Virus record (IMG/VR): IMGVR_UViG_2565956614_000003
Source of the DNA: a virus
Lineage: Duplodnaviria > Heunggongvirae > Uroviricota > Caudoviricetes
Length of the DNA stretch: 64,000 nt
Strand: one strand, 5' to 3'
Shown here: positions 1-9,646 of the stretch, one piece after another
How the letters are laid out: every line of letters starts with the position of its first letter
Position numbering within the stretch: the first letter of the stretch is position 1
Notes under the pieces: generated by a model
Told to the model about the DNA's origin: nothing
What the model saw: only the letters and a program-made list of their open reading frames with translations
Databases searched by the model: none
Translations under genes and position numbers: made by a program

Positions 1-468
1 TTATGCCGCCCTTACGATGTAATTAAATGCAATATTACGGGGGCGGGTTTCAGATGCTGTACGAACTGAGCGAGAGGCGTCGAATGTCCAGTTATAAGAG
101 CCATAACCCTCAATAATTTCCGTTTCCTTTAGGCCTGTAGATAATACTTGACCATGTTGACTAAATGGCCCTGAACTAAGTACATCTCTAAAAAGCTGAG
201 TACGCCCGAAAGAACCAACAATATTCTGAATTGCATCATTCTGTGCAGATAATAAATTACGGCCAGAGTCAATCCCCCGCCCGTCATCCCAGCCGCGAAT
301 AAATTCGCCCCGTAGATCCGGCAATTTATTAGTGGGGTAAACCTTTGCCAGATTTGGGTACTTTTCAGAAGAAAATGCTGCACCATTGCATTTCAGCCAC
401 CCCGTTGGCGGTGTGGCTGAGGGCCATGGAACAGGTACACCAACGGGCAGTGCCGAGCCTTCCCCCAA
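1..468 (-). CDS. Tail-fibre variable C-terminal segment (Sv-prime-like) inside the Cin-invertible C segment; frame opens at the crossover site (TTG pseudo-start), stop at window edge
   Basis: 155-aa frame with phage tail-collar motif GWLKCNGAAFSS...LPDLRGEFIRGWDDGRG; lies next to cin; in-frame stop at 478-480 just upstream. Confidence 0.6.
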   Translation of the reverse strand: MGEGSALPVGVPVPWPSATPPTGWLKCNGAAFSSEKYPNLAKVYPTNKLPDLRGEFIRGWDDGRGIDSGRNLLSAQNDAIQNIVGSFGRTQLFRDVLSSGPFSQHGQVLSTGLKETEIIEGYGSYNWTFDASRSVRTASETRPRNIAFNYIVRAA

Positions 469-485
469 ACCAACGTTTTAGTCTT
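460..485. other. cix-like Cin crossover site (ttcccccaaacc-aa-cgttttagtctt)
   Basis: Resembles hix/gix/cix left half-site TTCC..AAACC with AA core; about 45 bp upstream of cin; right half poorly conserved. Confidence 0.35.
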
Positions 486-530
486 AATCCCTACCTATAC
501 CAACGATGTATTTTTAACTAAACAAAGAGG

Positions 531-1112
531 TTGTTTTTCATGCAAATTGGCTACATTCGTGTGTCAACAAATGACCAAAACACAGATTTACAAAGAAATG
601 CACTGAACTGCGCAGGATGTGAACTGATTTTTGAAGATAAAATAAGCGGAACAAAGTCAGCCAGACCAGGCTTGAAAAAGCTGCTCAGAACGTTATCAGA
701 AGGAGATACGCTGGTTGTCTGGAAGCTGGATAGGCTTGGCAGAAGTATGAAACACCTTATCACGCTTATAGAGGAGTTGCGGGAAAAAGGTGTTAATTTC
801 CGTAGTCTGACAGACAGTATTGACACATCAACACCCATGGGGCGTTTCTTTTTTCATGTCATGGGTGCTTTAGCAGAAATGGAACGTGAATTAATTGTTG
901 AGAGAACACTGGCCGGACTGGCAGCTGCACGCGAACAGGGACGCATTGGCGGACGTCGCCCGAAGTTGACAAAAGAACAACATGAGCAAATAGCGAGGTT
1001 GATCGAAAATGGCTACAGCAGGAAACAGTTGGCAATTATTTACGATATCGGTGTATCGACGATTTATCGTTATCATCCTGTAGAGAAGCGCCAAACTCAA
1101 TCTGAGCTGTAA
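531..1112 (+). CDS. cin: Serine-recombinase DNA invertase (Cin/Gin/Hin/Pin family)
   Basis: 193 aa; N-terminal catalytic motif GYIRVSTNDQ, C-terminal HTH; RBS aaagagg upstream; adjacent to tail-fibre segment. Confidence 0.95.
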   Translation: MFFMQIGYIRVSTNDQNTDLQRNALNCAGCELIFEDKISGTKSARPGLKKLLRTLSEGDTLVVWKLDRLGRSMKHLITLIEELREKGVNFRSLTDSIDTSTPMGRFFFHVMGALAEMERELIVERTLAGLAAAREQGRIGGRRPKLTKEQHEQIARLIENGYSRKQLAIIYDIGVSTIYRYHPVEKRQTQSEL

Positions 1113-1547
1113 TTCTAATGCCGCGTCGGTGTAATTTATCTTGATAGAATAGGTACATTTATCGCGCGGCACATCAATTCGATGTATCTAGCGCCTGCTG
1201 GCCGCTAATGAAAACTGTTCTCGAAATGTTGTCCCTAGTCCGAGACTAGGGTATCACCTCTGGAAAGCATACGCAGAACCTTTTTTAACCCAGGGTGCCC
1301 AGCTTTTTTGCTGCTCGCCTTATTCGCAAAAATTAGCTCACATCCTGCGCTTTCAAGTGCTTTTCACTGCATAGCTGTGTTTTGTTCATTTGTCTATATG
1401 CGTACATAGCCTATTAGCATATTTTCTGCCCACTATCGTTATTTATTGCAAGCTACAGGTTTTAATTAACAAAACCAGTGTGTGTGGAAATCACAAAGTG
1501 CATACCGTTCTCAAATGTTGTTCAACTTACTGTTGTATAGGTAAAAA

Positions 1548-1811
1548 ATGACATTTTATGTACATATCGTGATGTTATCCCTTCTTGGTGGGGTGTATTC
1601 GTATTTGAGTGGGCTATGTGAAAACCGTTACGAGTCTTCATGCAAGAAATTGCTGGCCGAATGTATTTCCGCCGTACTTGCTGGCTTTATTGGCATGTAT
1701 CTCGCGGAATATAAGGACATGAATGAAAGCCTTCAGAGCTGCATGGTTCTTATTTTCAGCGCCAATAGCAGGCTTATTATTGAAGGTTCCAAAAGTCGGT
1801 TGAATAGGTAA
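1548..1811 (+). CDS. Small membrane protein at head of lysis/dar operon (LydC-like position)
   Basis: 87 aa, hydrophobic segments; position between cin and lydA. Confidence 0.45.
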   Translation: MTFYVHIVMLSLLGGVYSYLSGLCENRYESSCKKLLAECISAVLAGFIGMYLAEYKDMNESLQSCMVLIFSANSRLIIEGSKSRLNR

Positions 1812-1836
1812 GTCTCTTATGCAACATAACCGGTTG

Positions 1837-1858
1837 AGAAGTTACTTTGCATACCATT
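1837..1858 (+). promoter_or_regulatory. Late-promoter-like element (gagaagtta-N7-taccat) upstream of lydA
   Basis: 6/9 match to recurrent 9-mer AACAAGTGA, 7-bp spacer, TANNNT hexamer; weaker than other copies. Confidence 0.25.
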
Positions 1859-1885
1859 ACCTCCTGACAACGTAGGAGGGAACTT

Positions 1886-2215
1886 GTGCTTGACACACAG
1901 GAATTAGCTCCAGTTGCAATTGCGCTCCTGCTTTCAGTAATTGGTGGGATAGGCACGTTCCTGATGGATGTCCGAGACGGTCGCCAGTCTGGCAATTTGT
2001 TGGGATTGGTTACGGAGATCTTTGTTGCAGTGACAGCTGGCGCGGTGGCGTACCTATTGGGGCAACACGAGGGCTGGGAGTTATCAATTACGTACTTAAT
2101 GGTAACGATAGCCAGCAATAACGGTCATGAGGTGATTTCAGGGATGAAACGAGTGAATATCGATAGCATTCTGAATGTTCTTACAAGTTTGGTGAAAAAG
2201 GGAGGCGGGAAATGA
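1886..2215 (+). CDS. lydA: Holin LydA
   Basis: 109 aa with transmembrane segments and charged C-terminus; synteny with P1 lydA-lydB. Confidence 0.8.
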   Translation: MLDTQELAPVAIALLLSVIGGIGTFLMDVRDGRQSGNLLGLVTEIFVAVTAGAVAYLLGQHEGWELSITYLMVTIASNNGHEVISGMKRVNIDSILNVLTSLVKKGGGK

Positions 2216-2655
2216 TTGGCTGGGGTGTATGCGTTCTTGCGTTAGCCTTAGCCGATCGCTATTTGCTAAAACGCAAGGACATCACGCATTTAGAACTTGG
2301 TGATGTGGAAATTAAACCGGGTTTCATCCGGGTGCCGTTCAAATACCGGTCTAAATTCCCGTTTTTGCGCGGCGCAACGGTCAGATATTGGATCCGCGAT
2401 GTTCAGAAGCCGACGACAGTGATTGAAGGCGAACAACGTTGTTTGACGTCGGCTGAACAGGGCGAAAACAGTGAATGGTTGTACATACCCACTGAATATA
2501 TGGGTAAAGGAGAGCGACTGTGGCATTTCAACGTCATGGTTACGCATGGCGACTCGTTCATTAACCCGTTGTATCGGATTTTCCCTGTTACTCAGCAAAT
2601 CCGCAGAAGTTACGTAATAAATCTCGCACAGGATGTGTCAGATGACGAAAAATAA
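2212..2655 (+). CDS. lydB: Antiholin LydB
   Basis: 147 aa; start overlaps lydA stop (translational coupling); synteny. Confidence 0.7.
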   Translation: MIGWGVCVLALALADRYLLKRKDITHLELGDVEIKPGFIRVPFKYRSKFPFLRGATVRYWIRDVQKPTTVIEGEQRCLTSAEQGENSEWLYIPTEYMGKGERLWHFNVMVTHGDSFINPLYRIFPVTQQIRRSYVINLAQDVSDDEK

Positions 2656-3244
2656 GTATGCAACGGTCGATTTTGACCAGGTTAATGAAAAGGGGCTGAA
2701 ATCCCTTATCGCGGCGATCAATAAAACCGGTGTTACGGTAATTGAGGTTGACTCCAGCAACCGCGCAACAACGAAAGATGGCGTTAAAGTTAAAACCGCA
2801 AAGCTGGTTCTTAACGACGGACAAATTCTTGCCATACAGGTAAACGATACTGGCGATATATCGTCTGTGAGGCTGAATGGAAAAGCTATTCCTAACGCTC
2901 AGTCGCCGGATATCAAGACGCTTGGTACCGTCATGGGGCAAGCGGCCCGCAAAAACTCCGCAAAATTCCAGAAATCACTGATCGCCAAAGCGAAACGTGT
3001 TGCCAATCCGGTAGACAAGAAACCGGCAGTAAAATCCAACTTTCAGCGCCTGCAAGAGGCAAAACAGCGGAATGCTCAGGTGGTTGCCGCTTATAAATCA
3101 GCGCAGAACTCGGTGTCTTTCAATCAACAGCAGATCACTGATTTGCGGGCGAAGCTGGATAAGGAGACAGGCCGACTCAATAACGAAAAGGCCCGAAATG
3201 GCGAACTCAAACGCCGTCTTAAGCAACTGAAAGCAGGAAATTAA
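2633..3244 (+). CDS. hdf: Hdf, DarA-related head protein of the Dar anti-restriction system
   Basis: 203 aa; shares segment ...KNSAKFQ... with the downstream DarA-like protein; synteny. Confidence 0.65.
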   Translation: MCQMTKNKYATVDFDQVNEKGLKSLIAAINKTGVTVIEVDSSNRATTKDGVKVKTAKLVLNDGQILAIQVNDTGDISSVRLNGKAIPNAQSPDIKTLGTVMGQAARKNSAKFQKSLIAKAKRVANPVDKKPAVKSNFQRLQEAKQRNAQVVAAYKSAQNSVSFNQQQITDLRAKLDKETGRLNNEKARNGELKRRLKQLKAGN

Positions 3245-3245
3245 C

Positions 3246-5165
3246 ATGGAACAGTTCAATATCAATAAAGGGGTGACGATCAAGCCTGGGCTTGACGTGC
3301 TTCCCCCGCCAGTGACTGATGATGAATATCGCGCATTAATGGCCGGTGAGGACCGCTATCTGATGACGGAATCCAACACCCTGGAGGAAATCGAGGCTAC
3401 GTTCTTCTATGACACGCCGATCCACTGGTGTGCTACGGATTTACTGGAGGCGATTAGTTCTACTCGTTTGCAGTTACACCGGACCATGCAGGCATTTGTC
3501 CGGGCATTGAACCAGAAGCTGAATGGTACCGGAATCTCTGCGGGGAGTGATAAAACGGGGGAGGTGGCCCAGAGCGGCGCGCGCGCGATCGGCGGTGCTG
3601 AAATTGGCCGGGCACGTAACGTTAACGGGCTGCCGGTCCTGCCAGCCATTATTCCGCTCAGTGATGGTCAGACTATCAGCATTCTGTTTCATAGCCCGAC
3701 AGCGGAAAACCGGATCACCAATAGCGATACGCTGGTTGCTTTCCAGTTCTTACTGAATAAAAAAGACGTTACTCACACCGTTGCTCCGATGAGTGGACGT
3801 GATATGACGCTGGCGCAGGTCACCATGAAACTTGCCAACCTTGCAGAGAAAAACTCGGCAAAATTCCAGCGTGCGCAGAAGAAGAAAAAAGCCCTGGTTG
3901 ATGAAATAACCCAACTACAGGCTGACAGTGACCAGAAAGAGGATGCCATGAGCGACCTCGCGGATCAGGTGGCAGCGGTAGAAGGGCAGAAGGTAGATCT
4001 GGAGCAGAAAATTAACGCTGTTGCATCGGAAGCGGATTCTCTTTATGAAGAGAATGAGCGTTTGCAGACGGAGATTGATCAGCTCAATCGCACAGGTGGG
4101 CGCGATACCATTGATCCAGCGGGGATGACTGGTGGGCACTCGCGCGCGCTGACGGATCGCCTTGCCAGTATCAAAAATCGTATGCATATGAACGGGGAAG
4201 TGACGCTCAGTAATGGAGCATCAATGAAGCAATTCATTGGGGGCGGCGAAGGGTATATCCAGTTAACCGATCCGGATGGCAGCGTATACATGATCAAGGC
4301 TAAATCCATACAGGGTGTGGACATGGCAGATGCGATCGGCAAGCTGTTTAAAGCCTATAAAGCGGGTAATGTATCGGAATACCTGGTCCAACCAGAAGAA
4401 CATAAACCGGAAAACGTCGAACCTGAACCAGCGGAGGATACCGGTAGCTCTTCGCCTGAACCAGAAGTCTCTGTAGGTGCATATCGATATGCCCTGCAAA
4501 TGCGTCCGGCGGCCCCTGGCGCAATACCTGAAGGTAACAAAGCAATTCTGCCGCGCCCTGATGAAGGTGACCCGTATTATGAATATGCACGCTACGGCAT
4601 TGCTACTTACGATACCCCGCTTTCTGATCAGCAAATGAGTGAGTACGACCTGAAGTTATTGCCTCGCGAGGATTCTTTCGACTTCCTGGCGAAGACACTT
4701 ACTAATGGTCCGTTTGGCAAATATGCACAAAAAGCTCTGGAGCTGGCCACCAGCTCACCAGACGAGTTCCGCGTAATGCTGAAAACTCAGTTTCAAAAAA
4801 CTTTCCCCAATATTGCGTTTCCTGGGGGCGCTGGCACCGAGAAAATGGTGCAGAGCATGATCAATGCATTGCAGGCCGAAGTCGGTGAGATTACTCAGCC
4901 AGAACCGGCCCCGGCACAGCCTGATGAAACGGTTAGCGAAGCAGATGCAGAGGCTAATAAAGCCATTGAATATCTCAATAACGTGATGGATATACAAAGC
5001 ACTGACATGGCGGAGATCCGTAACGCCCGGGGCAATGTCCGGGAAGCGATTGCAGCCCTTCAGGCTGCCGGACGTTTTGAGGAAAACGAAGAGCTGGTTA
5101 ACGGCGCAGCTCGCCACCTGGCTGATCTGTTGGTAGCAATCCAGAAAGCGGGGGTAGCGGCATGA
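3246..5165 (+). CDS. darA: DarA, internal head protein of the defence-against-restriction system
   Basis: 639 aa, coiled-coil central region; position and size match P1 darA. Confidence 0.8.
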   Translation: MEQFNINKGVTIKPGLDVLPPPVTDDEYRALMAGEDRYLMTESNTLEEIEATFFYDTPIHWCATDLLEAISSTRLQLHRTMQAFVRALNQKLNGTGISAGSDKTGEVAQSGARAIGGAEIGRARNVNGLPVLPAIIPLSDGQTISILFHSPTAENRITNSDTLVAFQFLLNKKDVTHTVAPMSGRDMTLAQVTMKLANLAEKNSAKFQRAQKKKKALVDEITQLQADSDQKEDAMSDLADQVAAVEGQKVDLEQKINAVASEADSLYEENERLQTEIDQLNRTGGRDTIDPAGMTGGHSRALTDRLASIKNRMHMNGEVTLSNGASMKQFIGGGEGYIQLTDPDGSVYMIKAKSIQGVDMADAIGKLFKAYKAGNVSEYLVQPEEHKPENVEPEPAEDTGSSSPEPEVSVGAYRYALQMRPAAPGAIPEGNKAILPRPDEGDPYYEYARYGIATYDTPLSDQQMSEYDLKLLPREDSFDFLAKTLTNGPFGKYAQKALELATSSPDEFRVMLKTQFQKTFPNIAFPGGAGTEKMVQSMINALQAEVGEITQPEPAPAQPDETVSEADAEANKAIEYLNNVMDIQSTDMAEIRNARGNVREAIAALQAAGRFEENEELVNGAARHLADLLVAIQKAGVAA

Positions 5166-5527
5166 CACTATCAGCTATTGAGTTAATGGATCTCAGCGAT
5201 AAGTTGGATGCTCTGATGTCCAAAGCGGCTACCGCGAGTGGCATGGAGTTGCTGGATATCAGCGATGAAATTGACCAGATCATGCAACAGATGGGGTACG
5301 GTGTGTCCGGCGGCAGTAGTGGCGAGGAAAAACAACCTTCGGTACATGATGGTGTGCCAAAACTGGTTGCTGATTTCCTGGCTGATAAATTCGTCGATCA
5401 GAGCACCGATGCATTTATCGGTACGTTGCAGGACTTGAGTCAATATGTTGGCACATACATCGATCTGGACCAGGTTAAACAGCACACGGCGGCATGGATA
5501 GCCGCCAACATTAAAGAGGCAGAGTAA
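5162..5527 (+). CDS. ddrA: DdrA (Dar operon small protein)
   Basis: 121 aa, overlaps darA stop; synteny. Confidence 0.6.
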   Translation: MTLSAIELMDLSDKLDALMSKAATASGMELLDISDEIDQIMQQMGYGVSGGSSGEEKQPSVHDGVPKLVADFLADKFVDQSTDAFIGTLQDLSQYVGTYIDLDQVKQHTAAWIAANIKEAE

Positions 5528-5539
5528 GGCGTAACAGGG

Positions 5540-8527
5540 ATGAGCTTAAGCGATCAGGTGGTAATGGCCACCAGCATAGAAACGCTGATCGAGCTGCTAA
5601 AAAACCTGCCCAATTACGGGCGGGTTTCGTATGTGGTGACAGCGAAGGGAGACGAGGTAAAAACAGCGTTTGATATCGTCGATGCCTCAGCTCTTTTGGT
5701 ATCCAATACTCTGGACGGGAAAATTAACCCTGACTATCCCCAGGAACTTCAGCCGCGCGACCGGACCCGCGCATCCAGTCTTCTTCAGGTCAACCAGATA
5801 TCCAAGGATTTGCGTCCTGCCCAGCTTACCGATTCCGGTTTATCCAGCCATGGCGCGCCGATAATTGGTGAGGACAATGCCGTTGAGTCAGGTAATGGAC
5901 GGACCATGGGGATCATCAAAGCCTATCAGGACGGCAATGCGGATCGGTATCGTGAGTACCTGATTGATCATGCGACCGAATTCGGCATACGACCTGAAAA
6001 GGTTGAATCAATGGCGGCTCCGGTACTGGTGCGCCGCCGGTTAACTAAGGTTGACCGCGTTCAGTTTGCCAAGGACTCAAATATTTCTGATCTTCAGGAA
6101 ATGGCAGCCAGTGAAAAGGCTTTTGTTGATGCCGACAGCATAACACCGGCGATGATGGCGCTTTTTAACCCGTCAGAAAGCGGAGATCTGCTTAGCCGCA
6201 GTAATGACACGTTTATTCGCGGATTTATGACGCAAGTTGGTGCCACACAGGCGGCTGGCCTTGTAACTGAAGATGGGCGACCAACACGGCAACTTGTAGA
6301 CCGTATACAAAACGCGATCTTTGCCAAGGCATATAAGGATGCGCGCCTGGTAAGGATGGTTGCAGAAGAACCTGATCCGGATATGCGTAATGTTCTGACG
6401 GCGCTTAATGCGGCAGCCAATGATTTTGTCCAGATGCAGGCTTTGTCAGGAGAAGCGCACAAGCAGGCTGTGACAACTATTGTTGATGGCATTGAGACAG
6501 CGGATAGCCTCGATAAAAAGGCGCTGGCGGCATTGAAAGATGCGGTAGACCTGGTAAGGCAATCGAAGGAGTTAGGCCAGCATATTACCGATGTTATTGC
6601 TCAGGGGGATATGTTCAGCGAAACGGCCCCGGAAGTGAAAGCACTCGCGTTGTTCATCGTCGCGAATAACCGTAGCGCGAAGCGTATGGCCACCGCCTTT
6701 AAGTTGATGGCGCAACGTATCAATGATGAGTTACAGCACCAGGGCCAGGCGCTCGGGGATATGTTTGGCGGCGGCGATGTGTCGTTACAGGATATCCTTC
6801 GCCAGGTGTCTCAGGAACTGGAAAACGAAGGCATGCAAGGGATATCCGGCGGTCTTTTCGAGTCCGTTTCCGGCGGTAGTTACAACGGTGTTGCTCCGTA
6901 TACCAGTTTGCTATTACATCGGGCATCCGGCATCAAAGACATTATTCATCTGATCAGGCTGCTTTCCCGCACAGATCCCCAGGATGAACAGCTTGTACAA
7001 GTGCTTGCGCATTTTGTTCGAATGCCTGTTGCCGACGTGAATAAATGGTGCCGATTATTCGGTATCAGCAATTCGTTACTTCGCGGATTGTTAAATCACG
7101 CATCCTCCCTTGGGCGCGACGGCTTTGATGAGATAGCGCAGGCGATACAAAACGGAGATATGCCACCAGCTATTGACTGGTTTTCCATTCGCCCAACCAG
7201 GGTGAAAGCATTCCTTAGCGCGGCGCATTCGGCATCACCATTGGCAGAAATGGTTCAGAGGTTGTCGCTCATATTCACAGACCATACCGCGTTGGGTGAT
7301 CTGACTCTGGACGAGATGAAAGAAGCCTCCATTCAGTGGGCCGATCAACAAAATGAGGTTAACTCAGACTTCTTGCCAGCATTCAGGAAGGCCGTTAGTA
7401 AAGCGGATGATTCCCGTGGAATTCTGAAGGCATTTAAGGCATTGCAAAGTCGGGTTAATAAACATGTCGGAGATATCGATGGGGTAACGGCGGAAGGCAG
7501 GGATATCCTTAAAGAGCACGGCATAACGCCAGAGTTTATTGATGAGATCAGGACGGATATGCAGCGTGAGGTCGTATCGTCCCTGCAAATTGTAGCCAGA
7601 GCGTTGGCGGATGCTAATCCGAAGAGTGCGGCCATTGTTAACCGGGTTATTGGTGATATTGAAGCATCGGAGGGCATGGGGGCGCTGAAACTCTTCCTTT
7701 CGCGAGCGTTTAATCCTAACGGCAATATTCTCCCTGGCATTATTGGTGAGGCTAAAAAGTATGTCAGTGAAGAAGAACTTGAGCAGCTTGACCAACTACT
7801 TAAGCGATTCTCATATAACCCGCAGACACGCTGGCAAATGAATCAGCGAAGTATGGGTTCGGTCCACGAGAAAGTGTTATCTGCCATGAACAGTGCGATC
7901 GCAAACTCATCCGTATCTGAAGAAAAAGCTCTTGAGTGGGCCGACTCTTTTATCACAGAAGAAGTGGAAGAAGCCCGCGCTGGACAGAATGGTGGGATAG
8001 ACCTGCGCAAGGAACTTGCTGATATTTATCGCCTGACCGGCGGGAAAATATCGACCTTATCAAAGGTAGTTCACCACCAGGGAAGGGCATATGCAAATCT
8101 AAATGGTGTTGTTGCTGTCAATTTGAACGATGAAAATGCAAGTGCACTGTGGCACGAGCTGGGTCATCATCTTGAGTACAGTAACCCCGGTTTGTTAGAG
8201 AAAGCCCGGTCATTCCTGAAGGCCAATGTTGAAGGGGATAAGCCATCTTTCGTCAATATCGGTGGGCGTGGCAAGCCTGAATGGTGCTTCAGATCTCGAT
8301 TGAGTAATATTTATATGGCGAAGGTATACCCGCCAGCCTCAGTAAGTAACACCGGGAAAATTCGGCAGAAATCACCGACTATTTCCAAAACGTCAGCAAC
8401 GGAAGTATTCTCTATGGCTCTTCAGTTGTATCATGACAAAGAGGCCGCTGCCGCATCACTGATGAATGGTGACGGATTGCTGGAACTGTTATTAGGTGTG
8501 GCAAAGGAGCTAAATAATGCAGATTAA
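5540..8527 (+). CDS. ddrB: DdrB, large Dar-operon head protein
   Basis: 995 aa; synteny and size match P1 ddrB. Confidence 0.75.
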   Translation: MSLSDQVVMATSIETLIELLKNLPNYGRVSYVVTAKGDEVKTAFDIVDASALLVSNTLDGKINPDYPQELQPRDRTRASSLLQVNQISKDLRPAQLTDSGLSSHGAPIIGEDNAVESGNGRTMGIIKAYQDGNADRYREYLIDHATEFGIRPEKVESMAAPVLVRRRLTKVDRVQFAKDSNISDLQEMAASEKAFVDADSITPAMMALFNPSESGDLLSRSNDTFIRGFMTQVGATQAAGLVTEDGRPTRQLVDRIQNAIFAKAYKDARLVRMVAEEPDPDMRNVLTALNAAANDFVQMQALSGEAHKQAVTTIVDGIETADSLDKKALAALKDAVDLVRQSKELGQHITDVIAQGDMFSETAPEVKALALFIVANNRSAKRMATAFKLMAQRINDELQHQGQALGDMFGGGDVSLQDILRQVSQELENEGMQGISGGLFESVSGGSYNGVAPYTSLLLHRASGIKDIIHLIRLLSRTDPQDEQLVQVLAHFVRMPVADVNKWCRLFGISNSLLRGLLNHASSLGRDGFDEIAQAIQNGDMPPAIDWFSIRPTRVKAFLSAAHSASPLAEMVQRLSLIFTDHTALGDLTLDEMKEASIQWADQQNEVNSDFLPAFRKAVSKADDSRGILKAFKALQSRVNKHVGDIDGVTAEGRDILKEHGITPEFIDEIRTDMQREVVSSLQIVARALADANPKSAAIVNRVIGDIEASEGMGALKLFLSRAFNPNGNILPGIIGEAKKYVSEEELEQLDQLLKRFSYNPQTRWQMNQRSMGSVHEKVLSAMNSAIANSSVSEEKALEWADSFITEEVEEARAGQNGGIDLRKELADIYRLTGGKISTLSKVVHHQGRAYANLNGVVAVNLNDENASALWHELGHHLEYSNPGLLEKARSFLKANVEGDKPSFVNIGGRGKPEWCFRSRLSNIYMAKVYPPASVSNTGKIRQKSPTISKTSATEVFSMALQLYHDKEAAAASLMNGDGLLELLLGVAKELNNAD

Positions 8528-8828
8528 AATCGCAGCGCCATTAGGCGGAGATGCCATTATCGAATTTGATGATAATGAAGAAGTTTCCGGGCGTTTAAGC
8601 ATTATCTCCGGTGACATTACCGAGGACATGATCGCTGAAGCCATAGCTGGGGCAAATCCCAATAGCTATATGGGATTCGTTAACACCCTTGATGCTCCCG
8701 CAAGTGATGTTCTCCGAACGCTGCATCTTTACGCTGGCTGGTTTGTTGATTGGCCAGCAGTAGATGGTGGCGATGAGGACGACGACGACGATGATTTTGG
8801 TGATCATGTAGACCAGATCGTATATTGA
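8517..8828 (+). CDS. Small acidic protein downstream of ddrB
   Basis: 103 aa ending in poly-Asp tract (GGDEDDDDDD); overlaps ddrB stop by 11 nt; terminator follows. Confidence 0.45.
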   Translation: MQIKIAAPLGGDAIIEFDDNEEVSGRLSIISGDITEDMIAEAIAGANPNSYMGFVNTLDAPASDVLRTLHLYAGWFVDWPAVDGGDEDDDDDDFGDHVDQIVY

Positions 8829-8830
8829 AG

Positions 8831-8860
8831 AAATCCCGCCAATCGGCGGGATTTTTTTTA
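8831..8860. terminator. Bidirectional rho-independent terminator (aaatcccgcc-aatc-ggcgggattttttt)
   Basis: Perfect 9-bp stem, 4-nt loop, T-run on + strand and A-run on the other side; between converging operons. Confidence 0.7.
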
Positions 8861-9640
8861 ATCGCTTTCCACTTCTTCCGTGGTGTTTTCTTGCAATTCT
8901 GTTAATGCAGCACGACATAGGTTCCGGGCATTGGCTATAGCTACACTTTTGACTTCATCCGTCATCGTGCAGGTAATGTACTGATCGAGTTCTTCAGCGC
9001 GGATGATGCTTTTGCCAATCAGAAACTGTATTTGCCATAGCAGATCGGCATCCATGATCAGAATTTCTGCCGGGCCTTCAGGGCCAGCCGGGAAGGAAAC
9101 ATAAGACTGTTTGCCCAGGCCGACAACTCGACAACTTGCTTCAAGAATTGCGCGCTTGAGGTCTGACTTTATAACGGAAACAGGTTGATTTTCACCAGTG
9201 ATTACGCCGTTGACATGGAAAGGCATGTAGCTTGAAATACGCTCTACTTTCCACACGCCAGCAAGCGATCCTTCATGCAGCACAATGGGGGTAACCGCGA
9301 GTTTCATCTCACCATATAACTGCTGGCAGATAGCTGGATTGCTGAATACATCTAAAGGCTCACATTCAAACAGCGGCGCAATCTGCATGAGGTCCATCAT
9401 GGTCATCCCTGGGGTACGAGCAGTAATGAATTTGCGCATACCAGTATCCATTGCGCTCCAGATTGCTACACCATGCTTTTTGCTCACTTCTTCAGTAAAG
9501 CCAAGGTGGCACATGATGGTTTTTTCGATAGCCAGATCAGAGATAGAAACCTTTTCGCCAGGTACTCCATCATTATTGATGGTCACTTCGACACTCTGGC
9601 CATTACGCAGGCGGTATTGAATTGCTTTAGTATTTTCCAC
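8858..9640 (-). CDS. Hypothetical protein, last gene of ssb operon
   Basis: 260 aa, protein-like composition, no recognised motif. Confidence 0.5.
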   Translation of the reverse strand: MENTKAIQYRLRNGQSVEVTINNDGVPGEKVSISDLAIEKTIMCHLGFTEEVSKKHGVAIWSAMDTGMRKFITARTPGMTMMDLMQIAPLFECEPLDVFSNPAICQQLYGEMKLAVTPIVLHEGSLAGVWKVERISSYMPFHVNGVITGENQPVSVIKSDLKRAILEASCRVVGLGKQSYVSFPAGPEGPAEILIMDADLLWQIQFLIGKSIIRAEELDQYITCTMTDEVKSVAIANARNLCRAALTELQENTTEEVESD

Positions 9641-9646
9641 GTTAAA

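Noticed and set aside
129-386. 85-aa minus-strand ORF overlapping the tail-fibre segment in another frame
   Set aside because: Nested within the tail-collar domain reading frame, which has clear homology; alternative frame looks spurious.
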